A stretch of 48,502 bases of DNA from a virus (Duplodnaviria; Caudoviricetes). The position numbers were made by a program, and so were the translations under genes. This document shows positions 38,137 to 48,154 of the stretch, piece after piece. Every line of letters starts with the position of its first letter. The stretch's first letter is position 1. The notes beneath the pieces are model-generated. The model made no database searches, was not told the origin of the DNA, and saw nothing but the letters and a program-made list of their open reading frames with translations. The stretch spans positions 1-48,502 of IMG/VR virus record IMGVR_UViG_3300033145_000424; one strand, given 5' to 3'.

Positions 38137-38708
38137 GCGAGAGATTTCAAAATGGGGCTACTGTCCCTCTAACAGTAACGGCCTTGGATCATACGAGAAC
38201 CGGAGCTGCTGGGCTTGCTGACGTGTTGCTGTCTATTCGCAGGGAGAGCGATGATTATTACCTGGACTTTGATGACATGACGTTCAAGGTTTCAGGCTGG
38301 ACTACTCGCCAGCAAGTAATGGCTGAAAAGGATTCAACGTATTCTCCTGGTGTTTATTTTTATGACTTTGATGCGACTGGGTTTGATGACGACTCATTCC
38401 ATCTGGAGGCATCTAGTGCTTCTGCCGAGAATAGCCCTTGGGCAGATTGGGCTTACGTGGGTGATTATCTAAGTACAACCGATATAACGACCGCCATACT
38501 TAATATGGTATATGAGGGGGCGGAAACATTTAAGACACACCTGAGGGTGGCGCGCTCTGTGTTGGCTGGCAACAGATCAGGTTTCATAGTCGGAAGCGAG
38601 AGAACAGGAAAGTTTGCGTCTATAGATGGTTCTAAAACTAGGGTAACATCACCACATGATGCCAATGGCAACACCACGGGAAATATAACAGTTGATGGAG
38701 GTGATTAA
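38133..38708 (+). CDS. Hypothetical virion protein
   Basis: PGVYFY; LAG...DGSKTRV...DANGN motif. Confidence 0.55.
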   Translation: MSERFQNGATVPLTVTALDHTRTGAAGLADVLLSIRRESDDYYLDFDDMTFKVSGWTTRQQVMAEKDSTYSPGVYFYDFDATGFDDDSFHLEASSASAENSPWADWAYVGDYLSTTDITTAILNMVYEGAETFKTHLRVARSVLAGNRSGFIVGSERTGKFASIDGSKTRVTSPHDANGNTTGNITVDGGD

Positions 38709-38872
38709 TGTTTCCCTCTGGGCATTTTCCGCTAGGGCACTTTGCAGTGGGCCACTTTCCACCGGTGCCGCTCGTATGGAAATCGGTCTTTGGGGAAAAG
38801 AGGCAGAAGGAAGAAGAGGAAATTCTATTACTTATGATTCAGGCAGCGTTTCAAAATGGGTTCATTAAATAA
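38708..38872 (+). CDS. 54-aa protein with (GHF)x3 repeat, missing from ORF track
   Basis: MFPSGHFPLGHFAVGHFPP...EEEEILLLM; GGAGG RBS; TAATG coupling. Confidence 0.6.
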   Translation: MFPSGHFPLGHFAVGHFPPVPLVWKSVFGEKRQKEEEEILLLMIQAAFQNGFIK

Positions 38873-41800
38873 ATGCATTCTTGGTGTTCCGGTAGCCGCT
38901 GAGGATAAGGCGGAGCTGAGAGCGCGCACAGCCGATCTGATTTCCCAGGGTGAAGACGCTATTGAGGCAAGCGAGATGGCTGCGCAGGAGCTGTTTGGCG
39001 AGGCAGAATCACAGGCTAATGAGGTTCAGAGGCAACTGGATGAGCAGGCGCCAGTGTTGGAGCAGAGAGGTGTTGAGCTTGATGATTTGAAACGCACAAT
39101 ATTCAGAATGCCAGGCGTTGACATGTTTGATGTCAAACCTGACTCAGCAGGTAATGTTGTGTTAGAAGGGGTTAAAGTTCGCAAAGATGAGCGTGGGGAA
39201 GGCCTGGGTACTGGTGCTGTTAATGCGCTGTTAGACTGGGCTGACGCCAATGGGAAAACTGTCACGCTTACTCCTAGCAACTCACTTGGTGGATCAGTGA
39301 GGCGGTTGAAAAAGTTTTATAAGCGCTTTGGTTTTGTCGAGAATAAGGGGCGAAATAAAGACTTTGAAATTAGCGATTCAATGTATCGTGAGCCTGATGC
39401 ACTACTACAACAAAAAGAAGAAATAGTAGGCGGCAGAATAACCCTGCAAGCCCCCTATGAAATAACCCTTACTGAAAACTCAGATATGACAACCTTCATT
39501 CACGAAACATCGCATTTATTTATGTTGATGGAGCGTGACTTTGCCGAAGAGTACGGCATAACTGAAGATCAAAAGACACTCCTGAAGTATCTTGGCGCTG
39601 AGTCATTCGATGATATGGATGTTGTAAAGCACGGTGATCCAGCCAGAGATAGGCATGAGAAATTTGCTGATGCGTTCCTGTCCTACATCAAAACAGGCAA
39701 AGCGCCTAGCCGCAGTTTAGCCCAAGCATTCGCCTCATTCCGCAATTGGATTATGGAGGCATACCGAAGATTCACAGCTCAAGAGATCGAAGTAAGCCAA
39801 GAGGTCAGGGATGTATTTGACCGCATGCTGGCTACTGATGCTGAAATAGAGCAGATGAAAGTAGATGGTATTTATACCCAGTTCTTCCAGTCTGCTGAGC
39901 AAGCAGGCATGACTACTGCAGAGTTCAAAGAATACCAAGCTAGGGTTGATGCCAGAGAGAACAAAGCAGCCTCCACACTAGATGAGAAGCTGATTGCTGA
40001 GCTAACTCGCAAGCATGAGAAAGAGTGGAAAGCTGAAAAGAGAAAGTACGCAACCGAAGAAGAGGAAAGATTAAGAGAAAAGCCAGTATATCTGGCTGAA
40101 CAGATGATGCGCGAAGCGCCAGTAGACCGCGCAACAGTTAAGCAGCTCCTGAAGATCGACAAGATCCCTCCAAGACTCAGGGGCTTAACGAAAGAGGGGG
40201 GCGGTGATTTAGAAAGTGTGGCGCTGGAACAGGGATTCGCCTCCTCTCAACAGATGATCACTTTGGTTGCCGCCTCACTCCCCATATCAAAGAAGGCAGA
40301 AGAGAATGCAGAGTCATACATGCTGTCTACCCATGGGGATATTCTGAATGATGGCACGATAGAGCGTGAAGCTATCGAAGCATCTCAGAATGAAGAGAAT
40401 GCAAAGGCTCTTCTGATAGAGCTTAGGGCGCTGAATAGACAGAATGGAAAGCCATCTACTACAAACCTGGCGGTGGTCAGACTGCAGGCTGAAGCGCTAG
40501 TAGCTACCATGCCATATTCCGAGATCAGGCCTAACAAATATTATAGAGCAGAGGTGAAGTCTGCTAAAGAAGCACAGGCTGCGTTGGATGATGGCGATAC
40601 TCTGCTGGCTGAAGATCGAAAGGCTAAGCAGATTACTAACCAGTATCTGTATAAAGCTGCTAAAGATGCCAAGGAAAGCATGGATAAGCAGCGTAATTAC
40701 CTGCGCAGAACACAGGTTAAGGCTACTGCTGGCAAATACTCACCTAAGGACGTTGCGCCAGAGCATGTGGGTTACTTGGCAATGCTTACGGCCGCGTATG
40801 ATTTTAGGAAAAGCAAAGCAGCTGAAGACAAGGCAAGAGCTGAGCTATTCAGCATCGCCCAGTGGATCAATGCACAGGCTGGTGATTTAACCATTCCGCA
40901 ATGGCTGGATCCTAATCTTTCCATGATGAATGCAATTCTCTCCATTGAGGAGCTAAGCCAAGAAGAGAAGATGGCTCGGGTCAACGCATTAAGGATTAAG
41001 CCTTATTCAGAAATGACCGGCGAAGAGATGCAGGGCGTCTATGATATGGCGAGGAATATTCGCTGGGTCGGCGGGCAGCTATCTGAAAATGCCAACGCTG
41101 AATTTAAGGCGATGGCCGAGAAGGTAGGTGCCAACATTAAGGAGAAGGGGAAAGGGGATGGAATAGAAGCGAGGGAGTCTACTGTCTGGACTAGAAATCT
41201 ATCCATGATGAAGTCATTTGGCGCAGATCAGATTGCTTTTGCTAATACCGTCGCTGAGCTGGACGGGTACGAAGAATTTGGCCCGATGTTTGAGAATTTC
41301 TATCAGGACATAATTGATTCAACAAATACAGAGATTAAAGCCCGCAGAGGGGACGCAGAGAAGCTGAACAACCTTCTCAATGGCTTTGGATGGGCTGAGC
41401 TAATAGAGGGCAGAGGCAGGCTTTCTGTTCCTGTAAGCAGAACAGCAATAGACCCCATCTCCGGCGAGATGGTAGAAAAGAAAAAGATCACTGGTGCAGG
41501 TATTAGAGATGGAGTGTGGACTACGTCACGCAGGGCCAGGATCATGCTTGCTCTGTATTGGGGTTCGCCAGAAGGGCAGCAGGCTGTATTAGATGGATTT
41601 CAACTATCTGAATCTGAAGTTCAGTCTATGTTGAACATGATGACAGATAAAGAACTGGATCTGGTCGAGGCGCTATGGAAGTTGAATGAAGAACATTGGC
41701 CTGGGGTAAGCAAAACAGCCAAGGCGATGACCGGCGTTTCGCCTCCAAAAGTAGAGCATGTGCCGTTCCAGGTTAATGGGCGCAAGCTACCGGGAGGGTA

Positions 41801-43211
41801 CACAAGGTTATTTTATAACTATTCATCACAGGACAGCCTGAGACAAGTCGTTGATAATGTTAAAGAAACTCGTTCAGGATCAGGAATACTAAGCAATACT
41901 AAACACGGGGCGAGACATGAGCGTGTAGGCTCAGGTGGAAAGCCAGTAAATCTAGATTTCAATATGTACTTCCAGGCAATGGAGGAGGTTAACCATGACG
42001 TTGCTTTTGCTCAAACATCGAAGAGCGGATTTAGACTTCTTCAAAGCAAGCCAGTAAGAGAGGCGATTGTTGAAAAATACGGCAGAGAAAGATATGAATC
42101 TTTAATCGCTGCAATGAATGGCGTTGTTGCTGGCAAGGCAGATTCAGCTAGTGGCTGGATTAACACCCCGGCTAGGTATCTAAGAACCAATGCCACCTAT
42201 TCATTGCTGGGCCTGTCTATCCGTAATTTTGTTCAACAGCCTGTGGCCTTGACCAATGGCATGGGTAAAGTAGGCGAGGTTGAAGTAATTAGTGGGATGG
42301 TTGAGTTTTACCGAAACCCTGCAAAGATGATTGGATTTGTAAAAGAAAATTCCCAGTTCATGCAGGACAGAACCAACATAATGAACCGGGATATTGCCGA
42401 GGTATCCACCAAGTTAAATAAAGCTGGCGTGCTTGGGTCAATGCAGCATCATGCTTTTGATCTGGCAACTATTGGTGATTCAATGGTTGCTTATCCCATA
42501 TGGATTGCGGCTTATCGAAAAGGGCAGAAGAGGCATTATAGCAACAAGAAATCAGCAGTTTATGCAGATGAGATAGTTGCTGCTACTATTGGGTCTGGGC
42601 TAATGAAGGATCTCTCTCCTATAATGATGGGCAAGGTATCAAGCCAACCGCATCAAGGGCAGGCTGAGATAGTTAAGCTCATCACGTTTATGGGGTCGTT
42701 CTTCAACAAAACCGGGAATCTAGTTAGAGATGCCGTAAAGACAGCTGATTTTAAGTCTGTCGGAGGCGTTACTAAGGTAACTAGAGAAATGACTTGGTAT
42801 GTCGTTGCCCCTGCTGTTCTATCGGCGCTTGTCGTGGGTGAGCTGCCAGATGATGATGATGACGAAGGGTGGGTGGAGTTCGCTGCCACAAAGAGTGCTG
42901 AATACAGTCTAAGCATGGTCTTTTTGCTGAGAGACTTGGTGGCCTTGGCAAAAGGATTTAGCTCATCAAGCCCGTATCAAAGAGCAATGTCTGATGCTAA
43001 AAACGCTGCTGTTGATCTTTATAAGGTGTCTGAGGGCGAAAAAGAGTTAGATGACAAAACGGCAGTAAGGATATTGCGCGGAACCGCTGGGTTGTTCCCC
43101 ATACCAGGAGCAGGGCAAGTTGCCAGAACAGTTAATTATAGTTATCACTACCAAGAGGAAGGTGACTATAATCTTTATCACGCTTTAGTAAGGGGCAAGA
43201 AGAGAGATTAA
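38856..43211 (+). CDS. Large polyvalent internal virion protein (GNAT and zincin-like motifs)
   Basis: RGEGLGT...LKKFYKRFGF (GNAT); TFIHETSH (HExxH); 1451 aa. Confidence 0.7.
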   Translation: MGSLNKCILGVPVAAEDKAELRARTADLISQGEDAIEASEMAAQELFGEAESQANEVQRQLDEQAPVLEQRGVELDDLKRTIFRMPGVDMFDVKPDSAGNVVLEGVKVRKDERGEGLGTGAVNALLDWADANGKTVTLTPSNSLGGSVRRLKKFYKRFGFVENKGRNKDFEISDSMYREPDALLQQKEEIVGGRITLQAPYEITLTENSDMTTFIHETSHLFMLMERDFAEEYGITEDQKTLLKYLGAESFDDMDVVKHGDPARDRHEKFADAFLSYIKTGKAPSRSLAQAFASFRNWIMEAYRRFTAQEIEVSQEVRDVFDRMLATDAEIEQMKVDGIYTQFFQSAEQAGMTTAEFKEYQARVDARENKAASTLDEKLIAELTRKHEKEWKAEKRKYATEEEERLREKPVYLAEQMMREAPVDRATVKQLLKIDKIPPRLRGLTKEGGGDLESVALEQGFASSQQMITLVAASLPISKKAEENAESYMLSTHGDILNDGTIEREAIEASQNEENAKALLIELRALNRQNGKPSTTNLAVVRLQAEALVATMPYSEIRPNKYYRAEVKSAKEAQAALDDGDTLLAEDRKAKQITNQYLYKAAKDAKESMDKQRNYLRRTQVKATAGKYSPKDVAPEHVGYLAMLTAAYDFRKSKAAEDKARAELFSIAQWINAQAGDLTIPQWLDPNLSMMNAILSIEELSQEEKMARVNALRIKPYSEMTGEEMQGVYDMARNIRWVGGQLSENANAEFKAMAEKVGANIKEKGKGDGIEARESTVWTRNLSMMKSFGADQIAFANTVAELDGYEEFGPMFENFYQDIIDSTNTEIKARRGDAEKLNNLLNGFGWAELIEGRGRLSVPVSRTAIDPISGEMVEKKKITGAGIRDGVWTTSRRARIMLALYWGSPEGQQAVLDGFQLSESEVQSMLNMMTDKELDLVEALWKLNEEHWPGVSKTAKAMTGVSPPKVEHVPFQVNGRKLPGGYTRLFYNYSSQDSLRQVVDNVKETRSGSGILSNTKHGARHERVGSGGKPVNLDFNMYFQAMEEVNHDVAFAQTSKSGFRLLQSKPVREAIVEKYGRERYESLIAAMNGVVAGKADSASGWINTPARYLRTNATYSLLGLSIRNFVQQPVALTNGMGKVGEVEVISGMVEFYRNPAKMIGFVKENSQFMQDRTNIMNRDIAEVSTKLNKAGVLGSMQHHAFDLATIGDSMVAYPIWIAAYRKGQKRHYSNKKSAVYADEIVAATIGSGLMKDLSPIMMGKVSSQPHQGQAEIVKLITFMGSFFNKTGNLVRDAVKTADFKSVGGVTKVTREMTWYVVAPAVLSALVVGELPDDDDDEGWVEFAATKSAEYSLSMVFLLRDLVALAKGFSSSSPYQRAMSDAKNAAVDLYKVSEGEKELDDKTAVRILRGTAGLFPIPGAGQVARTVNYSYHYQEEGDYNLYHALVRGKKRD

Positions 43212-43213
43212 TT

Positions 43214-44392
43214 ATGGTTTCAACGACTACTGACAGATCAGGTATTGCGCCAGAAGAAGGAATCAAGGCTCCGTGTGTGGCTGCGGCTGCGGTAAATATA
43301 ACACTTAGCGGGCTGCAAACAATTGATACTGTTGTTACTGCTGAGAATGACAGGGTATTCCTGCCGCTTCAAACCGACACGGCTGAAAATGGGATCTATT
43401 ATGCCAGCACTGGCACATGGACGCGCGCCCCAGATTTCAACGACAACTCTGATCTAATATCAGGAATGCTTGTAAATGTCTCAGGCGGGACGGTTGCAGG
43501 AAAAGGCGGCTGGCAAATAATTTATTCTGGTTCATTATCGCTAGGCACGACCAATTTAACCTGTGAACATGTGTGGTCTGGGTCGCAAATAGGAGACATG
43601 CTAAAGGCTGACAATCTTAGTGGGATGGGAAACACTGCCACTTCGAGAGCAAATATTGCCGCGGCTGGAGAGACTGCTGAAAATCACTTTACAAAAACCC
43701 AATCATGGTCAAAAGGTGCTGATGTAGCCAGCGCTACGGCCTTAACAGTGGGTACTGATGGTAACTATTTCGATGTCACAGGCACAACAGCCATCACATC
43801 TATTACTACTGTGGGAATTGGAACAGCTATCAAGCTTCATTTCGATGGGATTCTGACGTTAACTCACCATGCAACTGATTTAATCCTGCTAGGTGGAGCC
43901 AATATCACCACTGCGGCTGGAGATGAAGCCGAATTTATAGAATATGCAACGGGCGACTGGCGCTGCATTGCATACTCAAGAGAAGACGGAACCCCGCTTG
44001 TGGATGGGATTGCTGCAGCTTCTCAAGCAGAACAGGAGGCAACAACGGCAATAGATGTGATGACTACGCCAGGTAGGCAACAGTATCATCCTTCAGCTTC
44101 TAAGCTATGGTGTGCCGTTGGTAGAAGCGCTGGCACACCTTCGCTAAGCTCACCTAGTTATAATATTGCGTCTGTGACAGATGACGGTGCTGGGCAAACT
44201 ATAGTGACAATAATGCAAGATTTTTCAACAGCGGTTTATGCGCCTCATGTGGCCTCAAGATCTACGGCACCACGTATGACGGTTGTTCACAGTCTTGCGG
44301 TTGGTTCCTTTAAAGTGAAGACGTATGATTCAGGTGGCTCGGCTGACGACACTACAGACTTCACATGTGATGGCTTTGGAGATCAAACATGA
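43214..44392 (+). CDS. Tail fibre protein
   Basis: NITLSGLQTID...QTD.AENGIY...WTRA.D N-terminus; KGADVASA. Confidence 0.8.
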   Translation: MVSTTTDRSGIAPEEGIKAPCVAAAAVNITLSGLQTIDTVVTAENDRVFLPLQTDTAENGIYYASTGTWTRAPDFNDNSDLISGMLVNVSGGTVAGKGGWQIIYSGSLSLGTTNLTCEHVWSGSQIGDMLKADNLSGMGNTATSRANIAAAGETAENHFTKTQSWSKGADVASATALTVGTDGNYFDVTGTTAITSITTVGIGTAIKLHFDGILTLTHHATDLILLGGANITTAAGDEAEFIEYATGDWRCIAYSREDGTPLVDGIAAASQAEQEATTAIDVMTTPGRQQYHPSASKLWCAVGRSAGTPSLSSPSYNIASVTDDGAGQTIVTIMQDFSTAVYAPHVASRSTAPRMTVVHSLAVGSFKVKTYDSGGSADDTTDFTCDGFGDQT

Positions 44393-44952
44393 TCCATACT
44401 TATGTAATTAAGAAAGGTGGCTTTTCCAGGATAATGAGGGTCTACCCTAATGCAGCTATGAATATAGAGTCAGGGGAAATTTTCGAGATTGTCGAACGGG
44501 TTACGCCTGTAATTTTTCTGCTATCAATAAGTGAGAAAATAAGTGAGAAAATTGAAGCAAGTGATTCTGCATGGAGAATTCTTTTCCCTACGGCGGACGA
44601 TGTAATATCAAAGTGGCGTGCTGATGATCAAGGCCAGGTGACTGGAGCTCGTAAGATTGATGAGGATGATATCCCGGCATTTCCAGACTTCAAGGATGCG
44701 TGGGAGGATGATGGATCAATAATTGCAACCGACATGCCAAAGGCGCGGTTGATCAAGATGGATCGCATACGAATTGAAAGGGATGCGAGGCTAAGCACCA
44801 CCGATAAAGAGGTTCTTCAGCTAGAGAATGCAGCGCTGCCCGCAGCTCTTAAAAGTAAACGCAAGGCCTTAAGAGATCTTCCTCAAAATACAAATCTTGA
44901 CATAATAGATAACCCAGAGGAGTTGAAGTTATTTAACCCGGTTTGGCCTTAA
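44389..44952 (+). CDS. Tail fibre assembly chaperone
   Basis: IR.ERD..L...D...RKALRDLPQ...WP. Confidence 0.75.
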   Translation: MIHTYVIKKGGFSRIMRVYPNAAMNIESGEIFEIVERVTPVIFLLSISEKISEKIEASDSAWRILFPTADDVISKWRADDQGQVTGARKIDEDDIPAFPDFKDAWEDDGSIIATDMPKARLIKMDRIRIERDARLSTTDKEVLQLENAALPAALKSKRKALRDLPQNTNLDIIDNPEELKLFNPVWP

Positions 44953-45020
44953 GGTTGCCCGCTTGAGCGCCACTTGCCCCAAGCATGGTTACCAATGCAA
45001 CTTTAAGCCATTGTGGCATT

Positions 45021-45374
45021 TCATTTCTCACCCACATCCAGCTCGTTATCTTGTGTAATTAATTCTAGCATCTTTTCTATCACCGCCACTGCCTCTCCTC
45101 GCTTTATGAGGTTTCCAGTGCATCTATAGACCGTTATTCCTGCCAACATGGCCTCACCATACTTTGTGCAGTCTTTCTCAAACCCAGCACCTCTGGTGTG
45201 GCCACCCTTGATATAAACACCACCCTCAACCTCGCAGGCAAACTTATATTCAGGCCAGTAAAAATCTAGTCGCCACTTCCTGGTTTTATGAAACTTAAAC
45301 TCTCGCTCTGGCGTTGGCAGCTTCAAGGCTTTAATCTGCATTAAAAGTAGGCTTTCGAGTTCTGAGTTTGACAT
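45021..45374 (-). CDS. PD-(D/E)XK endonuclease (DUF559/Vsr-like)
   Basis: EREFKFHKTRKWRLDF...EVEGG...H.RG.G...DC.KY. Confidence 0.8.
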   Translation of the reverse strand: MSNSELESLLLMQIKALKLPTPEREFKFHKTRKWRLDFYWPEYKFACEVEGGVYIKGGHTRGAGFEKDCTKYGEAMLAGITVYRCTGNLIKRGEAVAVIEKMLELITQDNELDVGEK

Positions 45375-45449
45375 ATAAGTTTCCTGCTAAATCAATACCC
45401 ACCCACATTTGGCTCGTCAAATATCAGCAGCATGAGCACAATCAGAAAC

Positions 45450-45734
45450 CTACTTGGGATCATATTCCGCATGTGCAGCTCCATGATTCGACTTCAGGAC
45501 ATCCCAGTCATCACCTAATGCAGCTTCGATTTCCAGAATCTCGACTTCCAGTTGCCTGAAGTCAAAAGCCAATCCTATCTCATGAAAATTACCTGGAGAA
45601 TGATTGCCTTCACCCTGGCTGGTTATGTAAAGATCAAGCCCGTGTTTAGCATATAGCTTGGCTACTCTTCCTTTGCCCTTCTGCGCTATTGGCTTCAGCT
45701 CACCCATTACGCCTGCTTTATACCAAATGGTCAT
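45450..45734 (-). CDS. Peptidase M15-like putative endolysin
   Basis: ITS..EG.H...FHEIGLAFDFR...HAEYDPK Zn-ligand pattern. Confidence 0.6.
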   Translation of the reverse strand: MTIWYKAGVMGELKPIAQKGKGRVAKLYAKHGLDLYITSQGEGNHSPGNFHEIGLAFDFRQLEVEILEIEAALGDDWDVLKSNHGAAHAEYDPK

Positions 45735-45886
45735 AGTTCATCCCCAGGAATCTTCATATGTTTAATTATGCCCTCTTTTTGGCATTGTTCAAGTTTGAGC
45801 TGTATTTGCATAGTTTTTGGCCTCCTCAATAGCTGTATTTCTCCCACCCCTTCGGAGTTATATAGCTCCCAGCTGCCTAATCACTG

Positions 45887-46081
45887 TTAGCCTTCAAGGT
45901 GAGCCGCATGGCAGGCTGTAATCTCGCTTACATTAATCATCAGCCCTGGCTCAACGTAAAAGTGATTTAAGGCGGTTGGGTCTTTCATCGCTCCATCAAG
46001 CATATCCTGCACAAACTTGTCTTTATCGGTGACATTGATGGTCATTTTATGTCCGTTTTTAAAACTAATCGTGTATTCCAT
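45887..46081 (-). CDS. Cassette hypothetical protein
   Basis: Cassette ends GTTAGCCTTC/GAAGGCTAAC. Confidence 0.7.
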   Translation of the reverse strand: MEYTISFKNGHKMTINVTDKDKFVQDMLDGAMKDPTALNHFYVEPGLMINVSEITACHAAHLEG

Positions 46082-46176
46082 AGCTCACCCCAGAAGGCTA
46101 ACAACGTAAATCAACGCGGAGCATTTCATCATTAGCGTTTTGTTTGGGCACCGAACGTGCCCGGTTATTTACAACA

Positions 46177-46584
46177 TTATGCCTCAAATCCGTACCTCTC
46201 ATTAAGGCGCTTGTCATATCGCGCTTTCGCCTCCTTATCTCCTTCAAAAGTTCCAGCATAGAAATCATTGAATTCCTCAATGGTCATGTTCTCCTTATTC
46301 CATTCCCATGATACAAGTCGATGCCCTACGCGATCTTCCATTAACGTTCTCAGCTGGCTTCTTCTGCCTCCCGTCTTGTAATCTTGCGTCTCATGGCTTT
46401 TGTCTTCATTGGGGAGTTCTTCAGGCCACTCCCATTTATTTAGCATGCAAGCCCATTGGGCTAGCGTTACATCATCTTGATTATTAATCACCTCAAGATC
46501 TTCAGGCATAACAAGGCAATTTAACGCCGACCCACTACTGTGGCGCTTGGGTTCACTTTCTGTGGTTTCGTTCGATTTAGTCAT
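46177..46584 (-). CDS. Cassette hypothetical protein starting inside attC
   Basis: AAGGAG and ATG in the attC loop. Confidence 0.65.
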   Translation of the reverse strand: MTKSNETTESEPKRHSSGSALNCLVMPEDLEVINNQDDVTLAQWACMLNKWEWPEELPNEDKSHETQDYKTGGRRSQLRTLMEDRVGHRLVSWEWNKENMTIEEFNDFYAGTFEGDKEAKARYDKRLNERYGFEA

Positions 46585-46632
46585 GGTATTCAGCTCCTTG
46601 TTTATCTGCCCGTGGTCGGGTTAATTGCAACG

Positions 46633-46923
46633 TTAGGCGGCATACAATTTCTGCACGAATGCCCGCCGTTTCTGCTTTGCTCTTTGGGTGGCTGATACTC
46701 TTTCTTGCACCCGCTTAATACAATTCTGCATACCTGCCTGCATGGGTAAAATCTTAACCTCTGCCCACGTTCTGAATATGTCGTACCACTTCCACCATTT
46801 CGGAACCTCAAGCGCCCACTCATACTCATACTCATACCGATATGGATGATCAACTAGGGTTACACAATAGCTCTCGTATGCTCTGGTGCTGATTGAATCA
46901 TAATAAGGGTAATTCACAAACAT
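46633..46923 (-). CDS. Cassette hypothetical protein
   Basis: ATG at 46923; AGGAGG RBS overlaps the core site. Confidence 0.6.
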   Translation of the reverse strand: MFVNYPYYDSISTRAYESYCVTLVDHPYRYEYEYEWALEVPKWWKWYDIFRTWAEVKILPMQAGMQNCIKRVQERVSATQRAKQKRRAFVQKLYAA

Positions 46924-47009
46924 CCTGCCTCCTAACAACGGCAATTAATCTGACACTGAAATTTCAGCGCCTTTTTAGGTATCTGTGGTGGTGCAGCTTA
47001 TTGCCCACA

Positions 47010-47315
47010 TTAGCCTTCTACCGTTTTCTTGATATCGGCTATTCTCTTCTTTAAATAGATAATCTCGCTTTGCTGTTCAGCAAATAGCTGCACTTTATCT
47101 CTATCCAGAAATGTCAGGATGTCGGTTATCTCAACCCCCATTATCTGAAGTTTCTTTTTAACGTCCAGCAATGCTTTGGTTTCCATGCCGAATATCATTT
47201 CAATATCATCTGCACTGGGTCTGTTCATGGTTGCTCTCTCAGGTTTCGTGCAAATACTGCACTGTTGGCGAAACTTTAGATGCTCGCAAATAACATCTGG
47301 TCTTCCTGGCCTCAT
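47010..47315 (-). CDS. Cassette hypothetical protein
   Basis: GAGG RBS; stop in the core site. Confidence 0.65.
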   Translation of the reverse strand: MRPGRPDVICEHLKFRQQCSICTKPERATMNRPSADDIEMIFGMETKALLDVKKKLQIMGVEITDILTFLDRDKVQLFAEQQSEIIYLKKRIADIKKTVEG

Positions 47316-47420
47316 ACATCACCTCTCCGCTCACGGCTAACAAGTAAAATCTAGCTGACGGCCTAAGCTTTGGCACTTTTAATCACTACCCAGTGCCGCA
47401 CCTAATTTTCACATTATGCT

Positions 47421-47906
47421 TCAAAACGGTACGCCGTTGTTCTTATCCGAATAGGTGATAAGGTCACGTAGTTCTCCTATTTCGCGCTCATACATTGATC
47501 TAATTGCCTTTTCTTTTTTGCTTGCAGGGCGCTCACCAATGCTGGCTTCGTATTGACCGCTCAGCTCTACTGAATTATCAAGAGCGTCTTTCATCGCGGC
47601 GTTCATTCGCCACCAAGCGCTCTGCTTAACCAACTGAACCACCTCGCCACCATCCTCGGTTACAGCAGCTAATACATCTCCAGCGAAAGCAATTAGGACT
47701 TTTTCCCAGTCATCCCATTCGCCAAAGTCACCCTCAAGGTTGTTAGAGGCGTTCGTGCCTTCACCATAGGCGGCCTCTTTGCATTTATAAATCCTGCTTT
47801 TTGCCATCTCGCTAACAGTAGGCAGGCCAAGCATAACAAGCGCATCAACCTGATTCGCTACTGTGGTGCTTGATTCAATTTTGTCACTCTTCATGTCCAT
47901 GTCCAT
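47421..47906 (-). CDS. Cassette hypothetical protein starting inside attC
   Basis: AAGGA and ATG in the attC loop. Confidence 0.6.
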   Translation of the reverse strand: MDMDMKSDKIESSTTVANQVDALVMLGLPTVSEMAKSRIYKCKEAAYGEGTNASNNLEGDFGEWDDWEKVLIAFAGDVLAAVTEDGGEVVQLVKQSAWWRMNAAMKDALDNSVELSGQYEASIGERPASKKEKAIRSMYEREIGELRDLITYSDKNNGVPF

Positions 47907-47959
47907 GTCTTTTCCTTAAATATCAGCTGTTTAAACCCGCTCTCAGGTTATGCTTGTCG

Positions 47960-48154
47960 TTATAACGCTGAGTCATTTATATAAAAATCATCAGCCGTGA
48001 AATACTCATTCTGCGCCAGCCGCCATTCTTCGGCCTCTTTGCGCGTGTCGAATGAGGTTATCAAGTGCTCGTGACCTTCGTCTTCCATTAGCACTGCTTT
48101 CCGGATTACTTGAAAGCGTTTTGTTTCATCTAAGTTCTTCCAGCTAGTATCCAT
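47960..48154 (-). CDS. Cassette hypothetical protein
   Basis: Cassette ends GTTATAACGC/GCGTTATAAC; likely start MDTSW. Confidence 0.6.
   Translation of the reverse strand: MDTSWKNLDETKRFQVIRKAVLMEDEGHEHLITSFDTRKEAEEWRLAQNEYFTADDFYINDSAL

Noticed and set aside
44526-44552. 12-bp tandem duplication (ISEK-ISEK) or DGR-type variation near the tail fibre
   Set aside because: Simple slippage; no reverse transcriptase or template/variable repeat pair was found
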